This document shows positions 42,448 through 52,291 of a stretch of DNA of 64,000 bases, piece by piece. Both the position numbers and the translations under genes were made by a program. This DNA comes from Blastocatellia bacterium (GTDB lineage: Bacteria; Acidobacteriota; Blastocatellia; UBA7656): positions 192,001 to 256,000 of the forward strand of contig CAVXWP010000008.1 of the NCBI GenBank assembly GCA_963765495.1. The letters are read 5' to 3'. Numbering within the stretch: the first letter of the stretch is position 1; each line of letters begins with the position of its first letter. Under the pieces are notes generated by a model. That model was not told the DNA's origin, did not search any database, and worked only from the letters and a program-made list of their open reading frames with translations.

Positions 42448-42977
42448 AGAATTACTAATTGCCCGCGATACGGTACGTGTTGTGGCCGGAGTACAAAGAC
42501 ACCTCTAACCATCATAGAGGAAGTCAGTGGGTAGTCACCAAATCCTGTTGAGAGGTTAAATTGTTAGCAGGTATGAAAAGGATATCCACTACAACTTTTC
42601 AAACCAAGATTTAAGGCGTCTTCTTCTCTTGATTATTTGCCTCCTATAGTTTTGAAGAGCTGCTTTCGGGAGTCGAACGGTACACTGGATTCCAGGTAGA
42701 AGCCCGCCCAGGCAATCCTTCATTTTCTCTTTCTCAGACCAGCAACAATAGGAGTTACTAGGGAGACTCGATATACGCGAAGAATATTCCCCTTCCCATC
42801 ATAAGGGGTAGGAAATATTTACCGACGCAACCTCTGCTCTACTTTCAGAAGATTTAATACGAGGTGATCTGGGAGAATATTGAGGATGTGGGGACCGAGC
42901 AAAATAAGTGAGGCCCCGGCACAATTGCCAGGGCCAAGTGGTTGAAATGGTGGTATTTGCCTTGACAGGAGGCAAAT

Positions 42978-43992
42978 ATGACTACCACCGACAATCACAT
43001 CTTTAAAATACTTGAAAAAGTGGGCGAAATCTATGCTCCGCCTACTAAAGCAAAGAGAGGCCGTCCTTATGATTACTCTGAATCGGTGATGCTCAGAGTC
43101 TTTCTTCTTATGGTTCTTAAACGCATAAAGGAATTTCGCTGCCCTTTATCGCTACCTCCAGGCTCATGCTGCTTTGCAGGTTGCTTGCGGCCTTGAGAAA
43201 ATGCCTGACGAATCTACCTTGCGTAAACGGCTCAAAAAGTTGAAACCTGCCGTCAAACGTCAGATTCGTGCCTGGGCTGCTGAGTTGATTGAGCAAGGGG
43301 TTAGTTTTGCTCAAGTAGCGGCTGTTGATAAGAAAATGATTGAGGCTCAAGGTCCTCTCTGGCATCAGAGTGATCGACAGCACAATCGCATTCCAGAAGG
43401 TCTGCGCGGAGTAGATCGAGATAGCTGCTGGTGCTGCTCTAAGTATAGAGGATGGGTTCAAGGCTACGGCTCTCATATCGCGGTTGTGGCTACTCCCGGC
43501 CAGCCAATCGTCCCGCTTTGGGCCGATTTCACCAAGAATAATGAGCAAGAAGCGAAAGTGGCCTCTCAGTTGGGCAGAGAGTTGCCTGATGAAGTCAAGA
43601 AGATACTGGGAGATATTGGTTAGGATGACCCTGAGTTGAGAAAGGGGCTTGAGCGATATGAGAATCATTTGTTGGAAATATGTTTGATAGTGCCTATAGA
43701 AGTAAAAGAGAATACGCCAGGAAAGCGACGACGCTATGGAAGCATCTATGAGAATAATCGAGAGTTGTATAGAAGAAGAAAAGTAACCATAGAGCCATTC
43801 TTTGATCGGCTGGACCAATGTTTTGACATAGAGCCAGCGTGGATGAAAGGGCTTGCAAATAACGAAAGCCTGGGAGTGTTGTGGGTAGCAGCCTATCAAT
43901 TGATGATGTTGTATCTTCATGAGCAAGGAGAAAATCCCAGCAATTCTCGGTTTAGAGGAAATCGCACCGGGATATACCACGAAACAGACTAA
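42978..43992 (+). mobile_element. Degenerate DDE transposase (IS4/IS5-like) pseudogene
   Basis: RGRP..YS, P..STL..R, VAAVD, GDIG*D (TAG at 43621 in a GD.GYD motif), RR..IEPFF; frameshift near 43137. Confidence 0.8.
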
Positions 43993-44081
43993 ATACACGA
44001 ATAATTCTTCTATTTCGTGTGCTTCGTGTATTTCGTGGTTCACTTTTTGTTAAGACAGAATTTCTAAACCGAGAATTGCTG
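43938..44081. mobile_element. MITE-like element inserted in the 3' end of the transposase
   Basis: 19-bp perfect terminal IR CAGCAATTCTCGGTTTAGA; inner ACCACGAAA..CACGAA / TTCGTG..TTCGTGGT palindrome. Confidence 0.7.
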
Positions 44082-44300
44082 ACCCATTTCATATTTTCCC
44101 TCTAACTCATTGCACCCAAACCTGCTAGAACCCATCGCCTCATCAACCTCCACTGCGGCACGCGGATTCCATCATGGTCGTTTGGTAGCCGCTACTGGTT
44201 GAACAAGTCTCGTCACTAATAGCCGCTTCGCGCGGTTGAATTTGGCGATGCGCCAGGCAGCAGTTAAATCGAAACATTTCGCGGAGGAAGGAGCGACAAA

Positions 44301-44666
44301 ATGGCAAAGGTATTTCGGATGATAGAGCGATCAGCAACCCCCATCTTGAACTCACTTGGTACTAACGAGATAAAAAGCTTGATTCGAGATCACCTGGCCT
44401 CGATGCAGTTCGCAGAGCGTGCATGTTTCATCCAGTCTTTGACGCTTCATTTGAAGCGCGACAACTTGAGCATCGGCGTATACCTGGCGATGCTTGGCAT
44501 ACCCTGGCGCGACCCCGCAGAGTTCACGCCCACGGATGTCGGACATCTGATCCAATTTCTCATTCTACATGTTCCACAGTCACGGCCAGCGATTGAGCGA
44601 ACCACTGCTCAGTACGGTTTTATATTGAGCGACCCTGGCCCGTCCGGAGAACCACAGGCTGCATAA
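44301..44666 (+). CDS. Hypothetical protein
   Basis: AAGGAG RBS; 121-aa ORF. Confidence 0.55.
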   Translation: MAKVFRMIERSATPILNSLGTNEIKSLIRDHLASMQFAERACFIQSLTLHLKRDNLSIGVYLAMLGIPWRDPAEFTPTDVGHLIQFLILHVPQSRPAIERTTAQYGFILSDPGPSGEPQAA

Positions 44667-44703
44667 GATCAGCCTCTTCAGGTTGAAGATTATGGAGGAC
44701 GCG

Positions 44704-45327
44704 ATGATGTCAAATTCACTGCTCTTGATGCTTTCTCTGATCCTTAGCGCCTCTCAAGCACAGGGTTCATTCCCGACTCTGGCCGGCGCTCTCTCTGGCG
44801 GGGTGTCGACCTCGGGTATCGCTGAAGAGTCGGGTACGACATCTGACTGCGCAAGCCCGGCCCAGTTGACCAGCAGAGTGAGGAGCGGTCTTCGGTTTAT
44901 CGAGAGAATGGATGCCGGGTTGATCAAAACGTTTTCGGAGGCATGGCAGGAAGCCGGTGATGGGACTGCTGATACAGAAAGCGTTGTCTTGATATTCAGG
45001 ACGGGGGAGGGCGCCTATACAGGCAAGCTGACACATTTCTATCGTGCTTATAAACGAACAAGTTTTAACTGGAATCCGCGCGCGGTAGCCATCATCCATA
45101 CACATCCGAATGGCGTTGGGGCGCGACCTTCGAAACAGGACGAACTGGTTGCCCACAAATACACTGTGCCAATGTTCACGATCACTTCCAGAGGAATGTT
45201 TGTCTATGACCCAATAACACGAAAGGCAACAAAGCTTCTGAACGGCACCGAATGGCTCAGCCTATCGAAATGGACACCACAAATTTATAGCAAGCTCAGT
45301 CTGGAACCAGAGGCTCAAGGAAAATGA
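44704..45327 (+). CDS. Exported protein with JAB/MPN+-like metal motif
   Basis: Signal peptide; E...IIHTHPN....PSKQD. Confidence 0.6.
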   Translation: MMSNSLLLMLSLILSASQAQGSFPTLAGALSGGVSTSGIAEESGTTSDCASPAQLTSRVRSGLRFIERMDAGLIKTFSEAWQEAGDGTADTESVVLIFRTGEGAYTGKLTHFYRAYKRTSFNWNPRAVAIIHTHPNGVGARPSKQDELVAHKYTVPMFTITSRGMFVYDPITRKATKLLNGTEWLSLSKWTPQIYSKLSLEPEAQGK

Positions 45328-45471
45328 GCATTGCCGGGTTTATCCCAATTGCACTGGCAATCCTCAGCCCTTGTTAAGCGGAATTGCATTACCGCAGCAA
45401 TGAAGGTAGCACGGGTTGATTACATCAAAGACCACCACTCAGTCAGGAGTATGAATATCAGGAGGTAGCTC

Positions 45472-47160
45472 ATGAAGCTCATGTTAAAAAGCAGCGGGCT
45501 GGTCAGGACGGCCCTCTTACTCGTCACAATTATCTATTGGCAGCCAACCGTCATGCCGATGGCTTTGGCGCAATCCAGCAAAGGCGCGGTCGCAGGAACC
45601 ATCACCGACCCCGCAGGCGCAGTTATTGGCGGTGCTGCTGTCAAGATAACAAACGCCTCAACAAACGTCGTGCGTGAAACGCTTACAACGGCCGACGGAG
45701 CATTTCGAATCGACGCGGTTGATCCGGGCGATTACAAAATAGAAGTCATCGCAACAGGGTTCAAGAGTATTGAGCGTAACGGCATTATCGTCGCGGCAGC
45801 ACAAGCCACCGACGCCTCGGTTACACTCGAAGTTGGCACCAGCAGCGAAGTAATTGATGTAACTTTCGACAACAACGTCGTACTGCAAAAGCAGGATGGG
45901 GCTCGCACCAGCACGCTTGCCCCGCGCCAGTTAGTCGATTTACCGGTTGCCGGACTGAACCCTGTGAATCTGGTCTTCACGCTGCCCGGAGTGACTAACC
46001 CAGGCGTGCTCGCTGGCGGGTTCGTGCAAGGGACGGAGTTCAATATCAATGGGCTGCGCGCGCGCGGGAACAATCAGCTGATTGACGGAACGGATAACAA
46101 CGACAACTCGATCACCGGACAATTCTTTCCGTCAGTTTTGCGCGATGGGTTCCGCGAAGTATCCGTTCTCGGTGGGAACAACTCGGCTGAGTATGGACAC
46201 GCTGGCGGCGCCATCGTCAGCATCGCCGCCAATCTTCACAACCCGTTGATACACACATGGAGTTTTGGCGTGCAGCGCCAGACCCCGGGTAAGGTCATCG
46301 TTGATGCCGCCTATGTCGGGACGCGCGGCATGGGACTGTTCATAAATGAGCAGATAAATTCCGGCGTCAACGGGGTCCGCCTCTTCTCGACGCACGGCCC
46401 TGTAACGCTGCGCACCAACGGTGGTGACTCAATTTATCATTCATTACAAACTCGTATTGAGCGAGATCTCCGGCGTGGTTTTCTCGCGCGCTTTGCTTAC
46501 ACCTATTCCAAAGCGATTGACGACGTCAATAGCGAAATCTTTGTCACGACGGGGGGCAGCAGCATCGCGTCCGACCCGTTCAATCGCAGAGTAGACCGCA
46601 GCGTCGCTTCATTTGACACTCCACACCGCGCAGTCTGGACATTGCTCTGGGATGTGCCCGGCCCGGCCCGCGGCCTATCAGGAGAGGTCGCCGGAGGATG
46701 GACACTGTCAGGGATATATCGCATTCAATCGGGATCTGTGGAAAGCCCGTTTGTTGGCGGCCTCGATCTGAATGGCGACCTGAACTCGTTCAACGACCGC
46801 CCATCCGTCTCGAACCCCAACGCGCCGCCGACATCGGTAGGATTCGCCAATACATTGCTTGGGATCTCGGGGAATGGCTTTTCTGATATCAATGGCGCCC
46901 CGATCAACCCGGGCAATGTTCGATTCGTGGTTGATCCGGCGAATCGCGCAAACATCGCTGGCCGCAATACTCTGCGCGGCGACGTGATCAACTCTATGGA
47001 TATAGCTTTAAATAAGGCCTTCCCATTACCGTTCGAGCAACACCGACTGGAAGTGCGCATTGAATTCTTCAACGTCTTGAACCACCCCAACTTTAACGTT
47101 TGCCAATCCTGCTATTTCAAGCGACCTGAGCAATGGCGACGTGACAAACCCTTTCTTTAA
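45472..47160 (+). pseudogene. TonB-dependent receptor with large in-frame internal deletion and replaced C-terminus
   Basis: Carboxypeptidase-regulatory domain and plug (NGLRARGNNQLIDG..SAEYG..GGAIV) joined directly to late barrel strands (WSFGVQRQ..EFFNVLNHPNF); only 562 aa. Confidence 0.75.
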
Positions 47161-47316
47161 CAACGTGCGCCTAAACGACGGTGGCAACCGTACCGGGCGC
47201 ATACAGGTTCGCTACTCATTCTAAAGAAGCGGAAGGATGAATCGAGATCGCCTGTCTTGATTCGTCCTTCTAAGGATTTACTCTTACCCGTGTATAGGAG
47301 AATGAAATTCATGAAG

Positions 47317-47498
47317 TGGAATGCGGGAGCGTCACACATGAACGAAGCCTATCCAAAGAGCTACTTTGATCGACTGGGACTCGTAACACTGCTAGATAGA
47401 CTGCGGGCCTTGCAGCGCACTTAACGAACCGCCGGATACGGAACCGTATGTCCGGTGGTGTGGGAGGACGGGAGCCGCGAGGCTCCCTCCTACCCGAT
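47317..47498 (+). mobile_element. 3' remnant of a group II intron (maturase tail, domains V and VI)
   Basis: WNAGASHMNEAYPKSYFDRLGLVTLLDRLRALQRT*, then GAACCGCCGGATACGGAACCGTATGTCCGGTGGTGTGGGAGG..CCTACCCGAT. Confidence 0.88.
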
Positions 47499-47533
47499 AA
47501 TTCGAGGCCCACGACAATCTGTCGTGAAGACGG

Positions 47534-47944
47534 TCATTTCTTCACATCACTGGTTGGTACTTTGTGCCCTTTCGTGCTTCCCTTAAACTGAATTTCATCC
47601 AGCCTGAAAACATCAGGGTCAGAGGTCATCATAACGCCCAGAACAACCTCTTTTGCTAAATCCCTCTCTTCGGGTATGCAGTGAAATTTTGCTACAAGCT
47701 CGCCTTGCTTGCCATCCTTGTAAGAGTATATGTACATGCAAGGTTCGCCACGCGCCATCCGAGAATCATCGTGCTCGAATAGGTACTGACCTTGAAGGAT
47801 CACGTCGAGAACCTTGAGCTTGTCTGTTATCACTACAATAGCGGATTCCTTCTCCGGCGTCTGTGGTTTCTGTTGAGCCTGGACTGCAATGCCAATCAAG
47901 ATTATTGAACAGAGTATGAAGCCTGCGTAAAAGAGTCGTCTCAT
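47534..47944 (-). CDS. Hypothetical exported protein
   Basis: GGAGGT RBS; signal peptide; HDD..MARGEPC, FHC.P. Confidence 0.7.
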   Translation of the reverse strand: MRRLFYAGFILCSIILIGIAVQAQQKPQTPEKESAIVVITDKLKVLDVILQGQYLFEHDDSRMARGEPCMYIYSYKDGKQGELVAKFHCIPEERDLAKEVVLGVMMTSDPDVFRLDEIQFKGSTKGHKVPTSDVKK

Positions 47945-48021
47945 GATTTCACCTCCCGGGCCGCCTTCTGCGACGGCTTGTAATTCTCGTCGGGGAACTT
48001 CCCCTCAAGATTTTTGCATTC

Positions 48022-48086
48022 ATACTAAAATCACCCGACTCAGAGGGCCTTGACATCAATCACCTGTCAGGGTGACTGCCGTCACG
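48022..48086 (-). promoter_or_regulatory. CRP/FNR-type class II promoter with tandem boxes
   Basis: TTGACATCAATCAC (centre 48056.5) and GTGACTGCCGTCAC (48078.5); -10 TAGTAT at 48027-48022. Confidence 0.7.
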
Positions 48087-48107
48087 CGGGCGCTCCTGTC
48101 TTTGGGG

Positions 48108-48674
48108 TTAAGTTCCAAAGTGAGCGTCACCCCTCCAGGGGCGCTCGACTACGAGCTCAGGATACTTTGCTCGGAAAGACTCCGCGACGTGGCAGTCCCA
48201 GCAAATCGGCCTGAATGTCTCAAGCACTGTTGGAAGAGTCTCCGGGCGAACCTCATCCCATCCAATGGGGTTCCCTTCGGGAGCCAGAAATGCAGGCTTG
48301 TGATCCAGCACGTGAATCTCGCCGAATGGCTCGCCGCAAAGGACACAAAACTTGTCTTTGTACCACTTTGTAAGCATCCCTCGCACGAGACAGTCCTCAG
48401 GGGCGATCTGAATCTGAGCGAGGCACTCCTGTCCGCAGCCCTCTCGCTCGGGCCAGCGACTGCACGTCTTCAACCTCAGATGAGGATCATCAAAAACGGC
48501 AGACATAGCGGCGTGCCTGACATCTACATCGACGGCGGCGGGCTGTTTCGTCTCAGGGCAGATCACGAGTCTCTTCCCCCGATACTTCATATAAGTGCCA
48601 AGCGCATAAGGAACCACAAAATAGAGCACCGTGAATGCGATGATCGTTATTACGAGATAAATTTCGATCTTCAT
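48108..48674 (-). CDS. Cys-rich membrane-anchored hypothetical protein
   Basis: N-terminal TM; CPET, CSRWP...CGQEC, CVLCG, CWDCH. Confidence 0.75.
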   Translation of the reverse strand: MKIEIYLVITIIAFTVLYFVVPYALGTYMKYRGKRLVICPETKQPAAVDVDVRHAAMSAVFDDPHLRLKTCSRWPEREGCGQECLAQIQIAPEDCLVRGMLTKWYKDKFCVLCGEPFGEIHVLDHKPAFLAPEGNPIGWDEVRPETLPTVLETFRPICWDCHVAESFRAKYPELVVERPWRGDAHFGT

Positions 48675-48702
48675 TGGCGCACCTCCTTTCTGTCAGGCTC
48701 AA

Positions 48703-49065
48703 CTAGGTCTGTCTGGCGCGCTCCTCTTCGATTTCGCTGATCCTGACGCGTAGCCAGTCTTTGTATGCTTTTTCCAGATTCTCCCTGTTGCCCTGTTGCT
48801 CAAGAGATTCGAGTGTGTCGCCAGCCTCGTTGAGAGGAATCCTGTGACACGGCACACCAGCCGCTCGTTGATCGGTCGGTACGAATCTCATCAAGACGCA
48901 TGCATCGGCATGAGAATGATCTGGGTAACAGAGGCAGGATGGAGAATCCTGAAACACTGAGGTCGGCAGCCAGGGGGTTCGCACCGAACGACCGTAGCCA
49001 CCTTTTTCGAGGAAATCCAGCTCAAGCTTCATTAAATCCAGAATGTCTCTATCATCTCTCTCCAT
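48703..49065 (-). CDS. Cys/His-containing hypothetical protein
   Basis: AGGAGG RBS before MERDDRD; GGYGRS, DSPSC, PCHRIPLN. Confidence 0.75.
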   Translation of the reverse strand: MERDDRDILDLMKLELDFLEKGGYGRSVRTPWLPTSVFQDSPSCLCYPDHSHADACVLMRFVPTDQRAAGVPCHRIPLNEAGDTLESLEQQGNRENLEKAYKDWLRVRISEIEEERARQT

Positions 49066-49128
49066 AGCGTTAGCCTCCTGTTCTATTGCCTTTTTCAATT
49101 TGAAAATATCTTTTCCACCTGTATAGCA

Positions 49129-49193
49129 AGTATAAAAACTTCCATAAGTAAATGCTGTGACGGCCGTCACAGGAACGGATGACGCCCGTCACG
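49129..49193 (-). promoter_or_regulatory. CRP/FNR-type class II promoter with tandem boxes
   Basis: TGTGACGGCCGTCACA (centre 49163.5) and ATGACGCCCGTCAC (49185.5); -10 TATACT at 49134-49129. Confidence 0.78.
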
Positions 49194-49197
49194 AGAA

Positions 49198-49336
49198 AGG
49201 ATGAAGGATGAAGGATGAAGGATGAAAAGAGTTTAAGGAGACTTCCGATTAAGTGGGTTGACTGATTAAGTAGGTTGACTGATTAAGTGGGTTGACTGAT
49301 TACCGGAGTCTCCTCAGACATTCCATTTCATCCCTC
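49198..49336. repeat. GGATGAA-heptamer palindrome enclosing a 17-bp tandem repeat
   Basis: (GGATGAA)4 ... (TCATCCC)4; inner GGAGACTTCCG/CGGAGTCTCC; 3.3 copies of GATTAAGTGGGTTGACT at 49247-49302. Confidence 0.85.
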
Positions 49337-49348
49337 ATCCCTCATCCC

Positions 49349-49813
49349 TCATCCCTCAGAAGCTCCTGCTTTCCTGAGTAATCTCTTTATCTTTGTCTGT
49401 CGTTTGGATGTCACACCGAGTGGTGTCGCGCCTGGATCGCTTACGCTATTGACGCGGGCTCCGGCAGTAAGAAGTATCTTCACCACATCGGTGTGTACCT
49501 TTGAAGCCGCCTCCATCAAAGCCGTCCATCCCGATCCATCTTTTATGTTTACCTGTGCTCCCCTGCTCAAAAGGAACTTCACGGTATTGCTGTGGCCGCC
49601 GAATGAGGCTTCTATAAGGGGCGTTCTTCCGCTTGCATCGCGGGCATTCACACTAACGCCCCGGGCGAGAATCGCTTCAACGGCATCGGTGTCGCCAATC
49701 ATAGCCGCCCTATTCAAGGCCGTTGTGAGGCGGCCCGGTTCAGCATCCAAATCAGGTTCGGAAAGGGCAGCCTGGACTACCTCAAGATGTATTTTCCCGG
49801 GCATAAATGCCAT
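49349..49813 (-). CDS. Ankyrin-repeat protein
   Basis: GRTPLIEA..GH..VK.LL..GA.VN repeats. Confidence 0.9.
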   Translation of the reverse strand: MAFMPGKIHLEVVQAALSEPDLDAEPGRLTTALNRAAMIGDTDAVEAILARGVSVNARDASGRTPLIEASFGGHSNTVKFLLSRGAQVNIKDGSGWTALMEAASKVHTDVVKILLTAGARVNSVSDPGATPLGVTSKRQTKIKRLLRKAGASEG

Positions 49814-49923
49814 TGCTCCTCCTCAATCGATCAGGTCGATTTTTTCTCAATGCGAAAACGATATTTTCCCGGACACTCTGAACGTGCCTGATATCTATTT
49901 GACCCAATTTATTGGAAAGGGGC

Positions 49924-49961
49924 TATGCCTTTTATCACGCATTGATGTGATAGCTATCACA
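49924..49961 (-). promoter_or_regulatory. Tandem CRP/FNR-type boxes upstream of the ankyrin gene
   Basis: Perfect TGTGATAGCTATCACA (centre 49953.5) and degenerate TATGCCTTTTATCACG (49931.5). Confidence 0.65.
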
Positions 49962-50014
49962 GGGGAGGGAAGAGCATATGTACTTTGTGAGTTGTCGCGG
50001 TTTCGCAGATCAAT

Positions 50015-50731
50015 TTACATGATCATAGATTGCAGAGTGGTCTTATCGGGGATGAGGAGGTTCGACCCCTTTACGATGACTATGTTCCTGGCCTTGAACT
50101 CGCTCAGGAGACGAGTTACCGTTTCGCGCGAGGCACCAATCAGTTGCGCGATCTCTTCGTGCGTAAGCGTAAGCTTGACCTGAATCCCGCGCTCGGTCAC
50201 TCTTCCATTTCTCTCGCACCAGTCAAGGATTAGCCTGGCGAGTTTCTCTGCCGTTGATTGTGAGAGTCCGAGCGATTGGACCTGCTCGTGAGAGTGACGG
50301 TAGCTATTGCTCAAGTGTTCGGCTACGCGAAGACAGGCCTCTCCGTGTTGTGCAAGGAAGCGCAGAAAATCTTCCCGTCTCACGAAATTAATCTGACAGG
50401 GCGAAATAGTTTCGGCTGTCACCTCGTAGGGCCTTCCTGAAACTACCGCGCTGAGACCGAGTAATTCGCCCGACTCTGCAACCTGCGTAATGATCGTTTT
50501 GCCTTCACTTGAACTGGTTGACAGCTTTACGCGCCCTGTGCAGAGGAGGAAGATCCCTCTTGCCTCCTGATCCTCAACAAAAAGCACAGCTCCTCTTGGA
50601 TATGTGGATGTATACTTGAGCGATTCAAAAGCCTCCAGGGCTTCGCTGGATATGTCACAAAACAGACCCGCCACGCGCTGTTTGCAATTGACGCAACTTT
50701 CGATAATCTCCAGGCCGTAGGGTACTCGCAT
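50015..50731 (-). CDS. CRP/FNR-family regulator with FNR-like Cys cluster
   Basis: N-terminal CVNC-x8-C, central SPCQ, HTH LTHEEIAQLIGASRETVTR. Confidence 0.9.
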   Translation of the reverse strand: MRVPYGLEIIESCVNCKQRVAGLFCDISSEALEAFESLKYTSTYPRGAVLFVEDQEARGIFLLCTGRVKLSTSSSEGKTIITQVAESGELLGLSAVVSGRPYEVTAETISPCQINFVRREDFLRFLAQHGEACLRVAEHLSNSYRHSHEQVQSLGLSQSTAEKLARLILDWCERNGRVTERGIQVKLTLTHEEIAQLIGASRETVTRLLSEFKARNIVIVKGSNLLIPDKTTLQSMIM

Positions 50732-50808
50732 AAAAAACTCCCCTTTATTCAAGGCTCATCCTACTTAAAGGTCGCTTGTTTGAGCAGGCGCTCTAACCGA
50801 TACCATAG

Positions 50809-50824
50809 TGCAATATATATGCCG
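50809..50824 (-). promoter_or_regulatory. Sigma-54 -24/-12 promoter for the CRP/FNR gene
   Basis: Minus strand CGGCATATATATTGCA (GG-N10-GC); IHF-like ATCAAATAATTT upstream at ~50909-50920. Confidence 0.6.
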
Positions 50825-51012
50825 TCTCGTATCGGCCCGCTCTGATTCACATGTGGGAGCGCCAATTATGGCCTACAAACTGGAAATCTGGTTGTAACAG
50901 AACTGATTAAATTATTTGATGATCTTCTACATCCCTTTTATAAAGGGTCTTTTAATGCGCTTTTTTGCGCAACATTGAGGAAGATTCCACACCTCTCCTT
51001 GAGCCAGAACCA

Positions 51013-51726
51013 TTATGAGACTCTTTCGAGAACCACACCGGCCAGGTAAGCGAGTGTCGCAGCCACCGATCCTATCAGGAGTGTTTCCAGCCCCGATCTC
51101 CACCAGGGTATGGTTGACCATATACTCTTCACAGTACCGATCAAGAAAAAAACAGCCCCCGTGAGCGTCGTGGCCAGAGGGAAAGGATTTGGTAAATTCA
51201 GGATGAAGGGGAAAAGAGGAACCAGCCCGCAGACTATAAAGGCGCTGAATGTGCTTAAAGCGGCCAGGCCCGGAGATCGCACCTCCATTGGCAGGCCATA
51301 CTCTTCCTTGAGCATAGTCTTTACCCATCTATCCCGATCAGAGGTAATTAGCTCGACCGCTCGCTCAAGGTCGTTATCCTGGAATCCTTTTTCCTGAAAT
51401 ATCTGACGGACTTCTTCACGCTCGCCGTCGGGAACCATTTCAATATGCCTGTACTCAATCGTCTCTAGCTGCTTGATCTCGTCGTGCTCGGCCTTTGTCC
51501 CCAGATAGTTGCTTGCTGCCATCGAAAATCCGTCGGCAATAATGTTGGCCGCCCCGATGACGAGTATCACCCTCAGTGACATTTCAGCCCCTATAACTCC
51601 CGCCACGACAGCAAAGGTCGTAACTGACCCGTCTATTCCTCCATAAACCCAATCCCGCAGATAGCTGTGCCGTGGTCCGGCCGAGAGTCTTTCCTTGATA
51701 GCCTCCGACGAGTGTTCGTGTTCCAT
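51013..51726 (-). CDS. VIT1/CCC1-family Fe/Mn transporter
   Basis: LRDWVYGGIDG.VTTFAVVAG, ADGFSMA.SNYL. Confidence 0.92.
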   Translation of the reverse strand: MEHEHSSEAIKERLSAGPRHSYLRDWVYGGIDGSVTTFAVVAGVIGAEMSLRVILVIGAANIIADGFSMAASNYLGTKAEHDEIKQLETIEYRHIEMVPDGEREEVRQIFQEKGFQDNDLERAVELITSDRDRWVKTMLKEEYGLPMEVRSPGLAALSTFSAFIVCGLVPLFPFILNLPNPFPLATTLTGAVFFLIGTVKSIWSTIPWWRSGLETLLIGSVAATLAYLAGVVLERVS

Positions 51727-51824
51727 CACACTATCCCATGATTTCTGAGCCTTGCGGTGGCAAGCACCACTTTCCTTCCCTCGAAAGATCACTTTAATTG
51801 CAATCAGGACCGGTGGACAGGTGC

Positions 51825-52250
51825 TTACTTACCTGCAACCTGCAATGATTCGATGTATCTCACAAGTGAATAAATATCAGCGTGCTTTTGCAGATCGCCG
51901 CTCGTCTTTCGCAGTATTGTCCCCCAAACCGGCATCTGCCGGGTACCATGCGCTGTTACAGCCTTTTCACCATCAATGACTATGGCAACATGATTTTCAG
52001 GAAACCTTTCACCCGGTTTCTGAATAATCGTCAAATCAGGCGCGGGAACCTTTAGTGAATCCGATGCCGGGCCTCCGCCTTTTGCATCAGTTCCATGACA
52101 GACCGCGCAATATTTCAAGAACAATACTTCACCTTTTTTTATATATCCATTGCGCTGGCCAGCGTTCTCTGTGCGTGCATTCGTAATAGTAGAAAAGCTC
52201 AGGGCAAACACCAGCCCCAAGACCAGTGTCTTTATCTCTTTCATCCTCAT
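51825..52250 (-). CDS. Monoheme cytochrome c
   Basis: Signal peptide; CAVCH; PDLT; HG.R.MPVWG. Confidence 0.9.
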   Translation of the reverse strand: MRMKEIKTLVLGLVFALSFSTITNARTENAGQRNGYIKKGEVLFLKYCAVCHGTDAKGGGPASDSLKVPAPDLTIIQKPGERFPENHVAIVIDGEKAVTAHGTRQMPVWGTILRKTSGDLQKHADIYSLVRYIESLQVAGK

Positions 52251-52291
52251 GGCAGTGCTCCTTTGTAAATTGGTGTAAGACATATATAGAA

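Noticed and set aside
43621-43623. TAG readthrough or pyrrolysine in the transposase
   Set aside because: It replaces the Tyr of a GD.GYD motif, and the gene also has a frameshift and a MITE insertion, so this is simple decay.
43117-44043. 308-aa minus-strand ORF
   Set aside because: It is antisense to the transposase, and its start lies in a repeat element.
47165-47200. GTGCG as the group II intron 5' end
   Set aside because: It is only ~150 bp from the maturase tail and no domain I sequence is recognisable, so it is likely coincidental.
49247-49302. Possible CRISPR array
   Set aside because: The 17-bp units are directly tandem with no spacers, and there are no cas genes.
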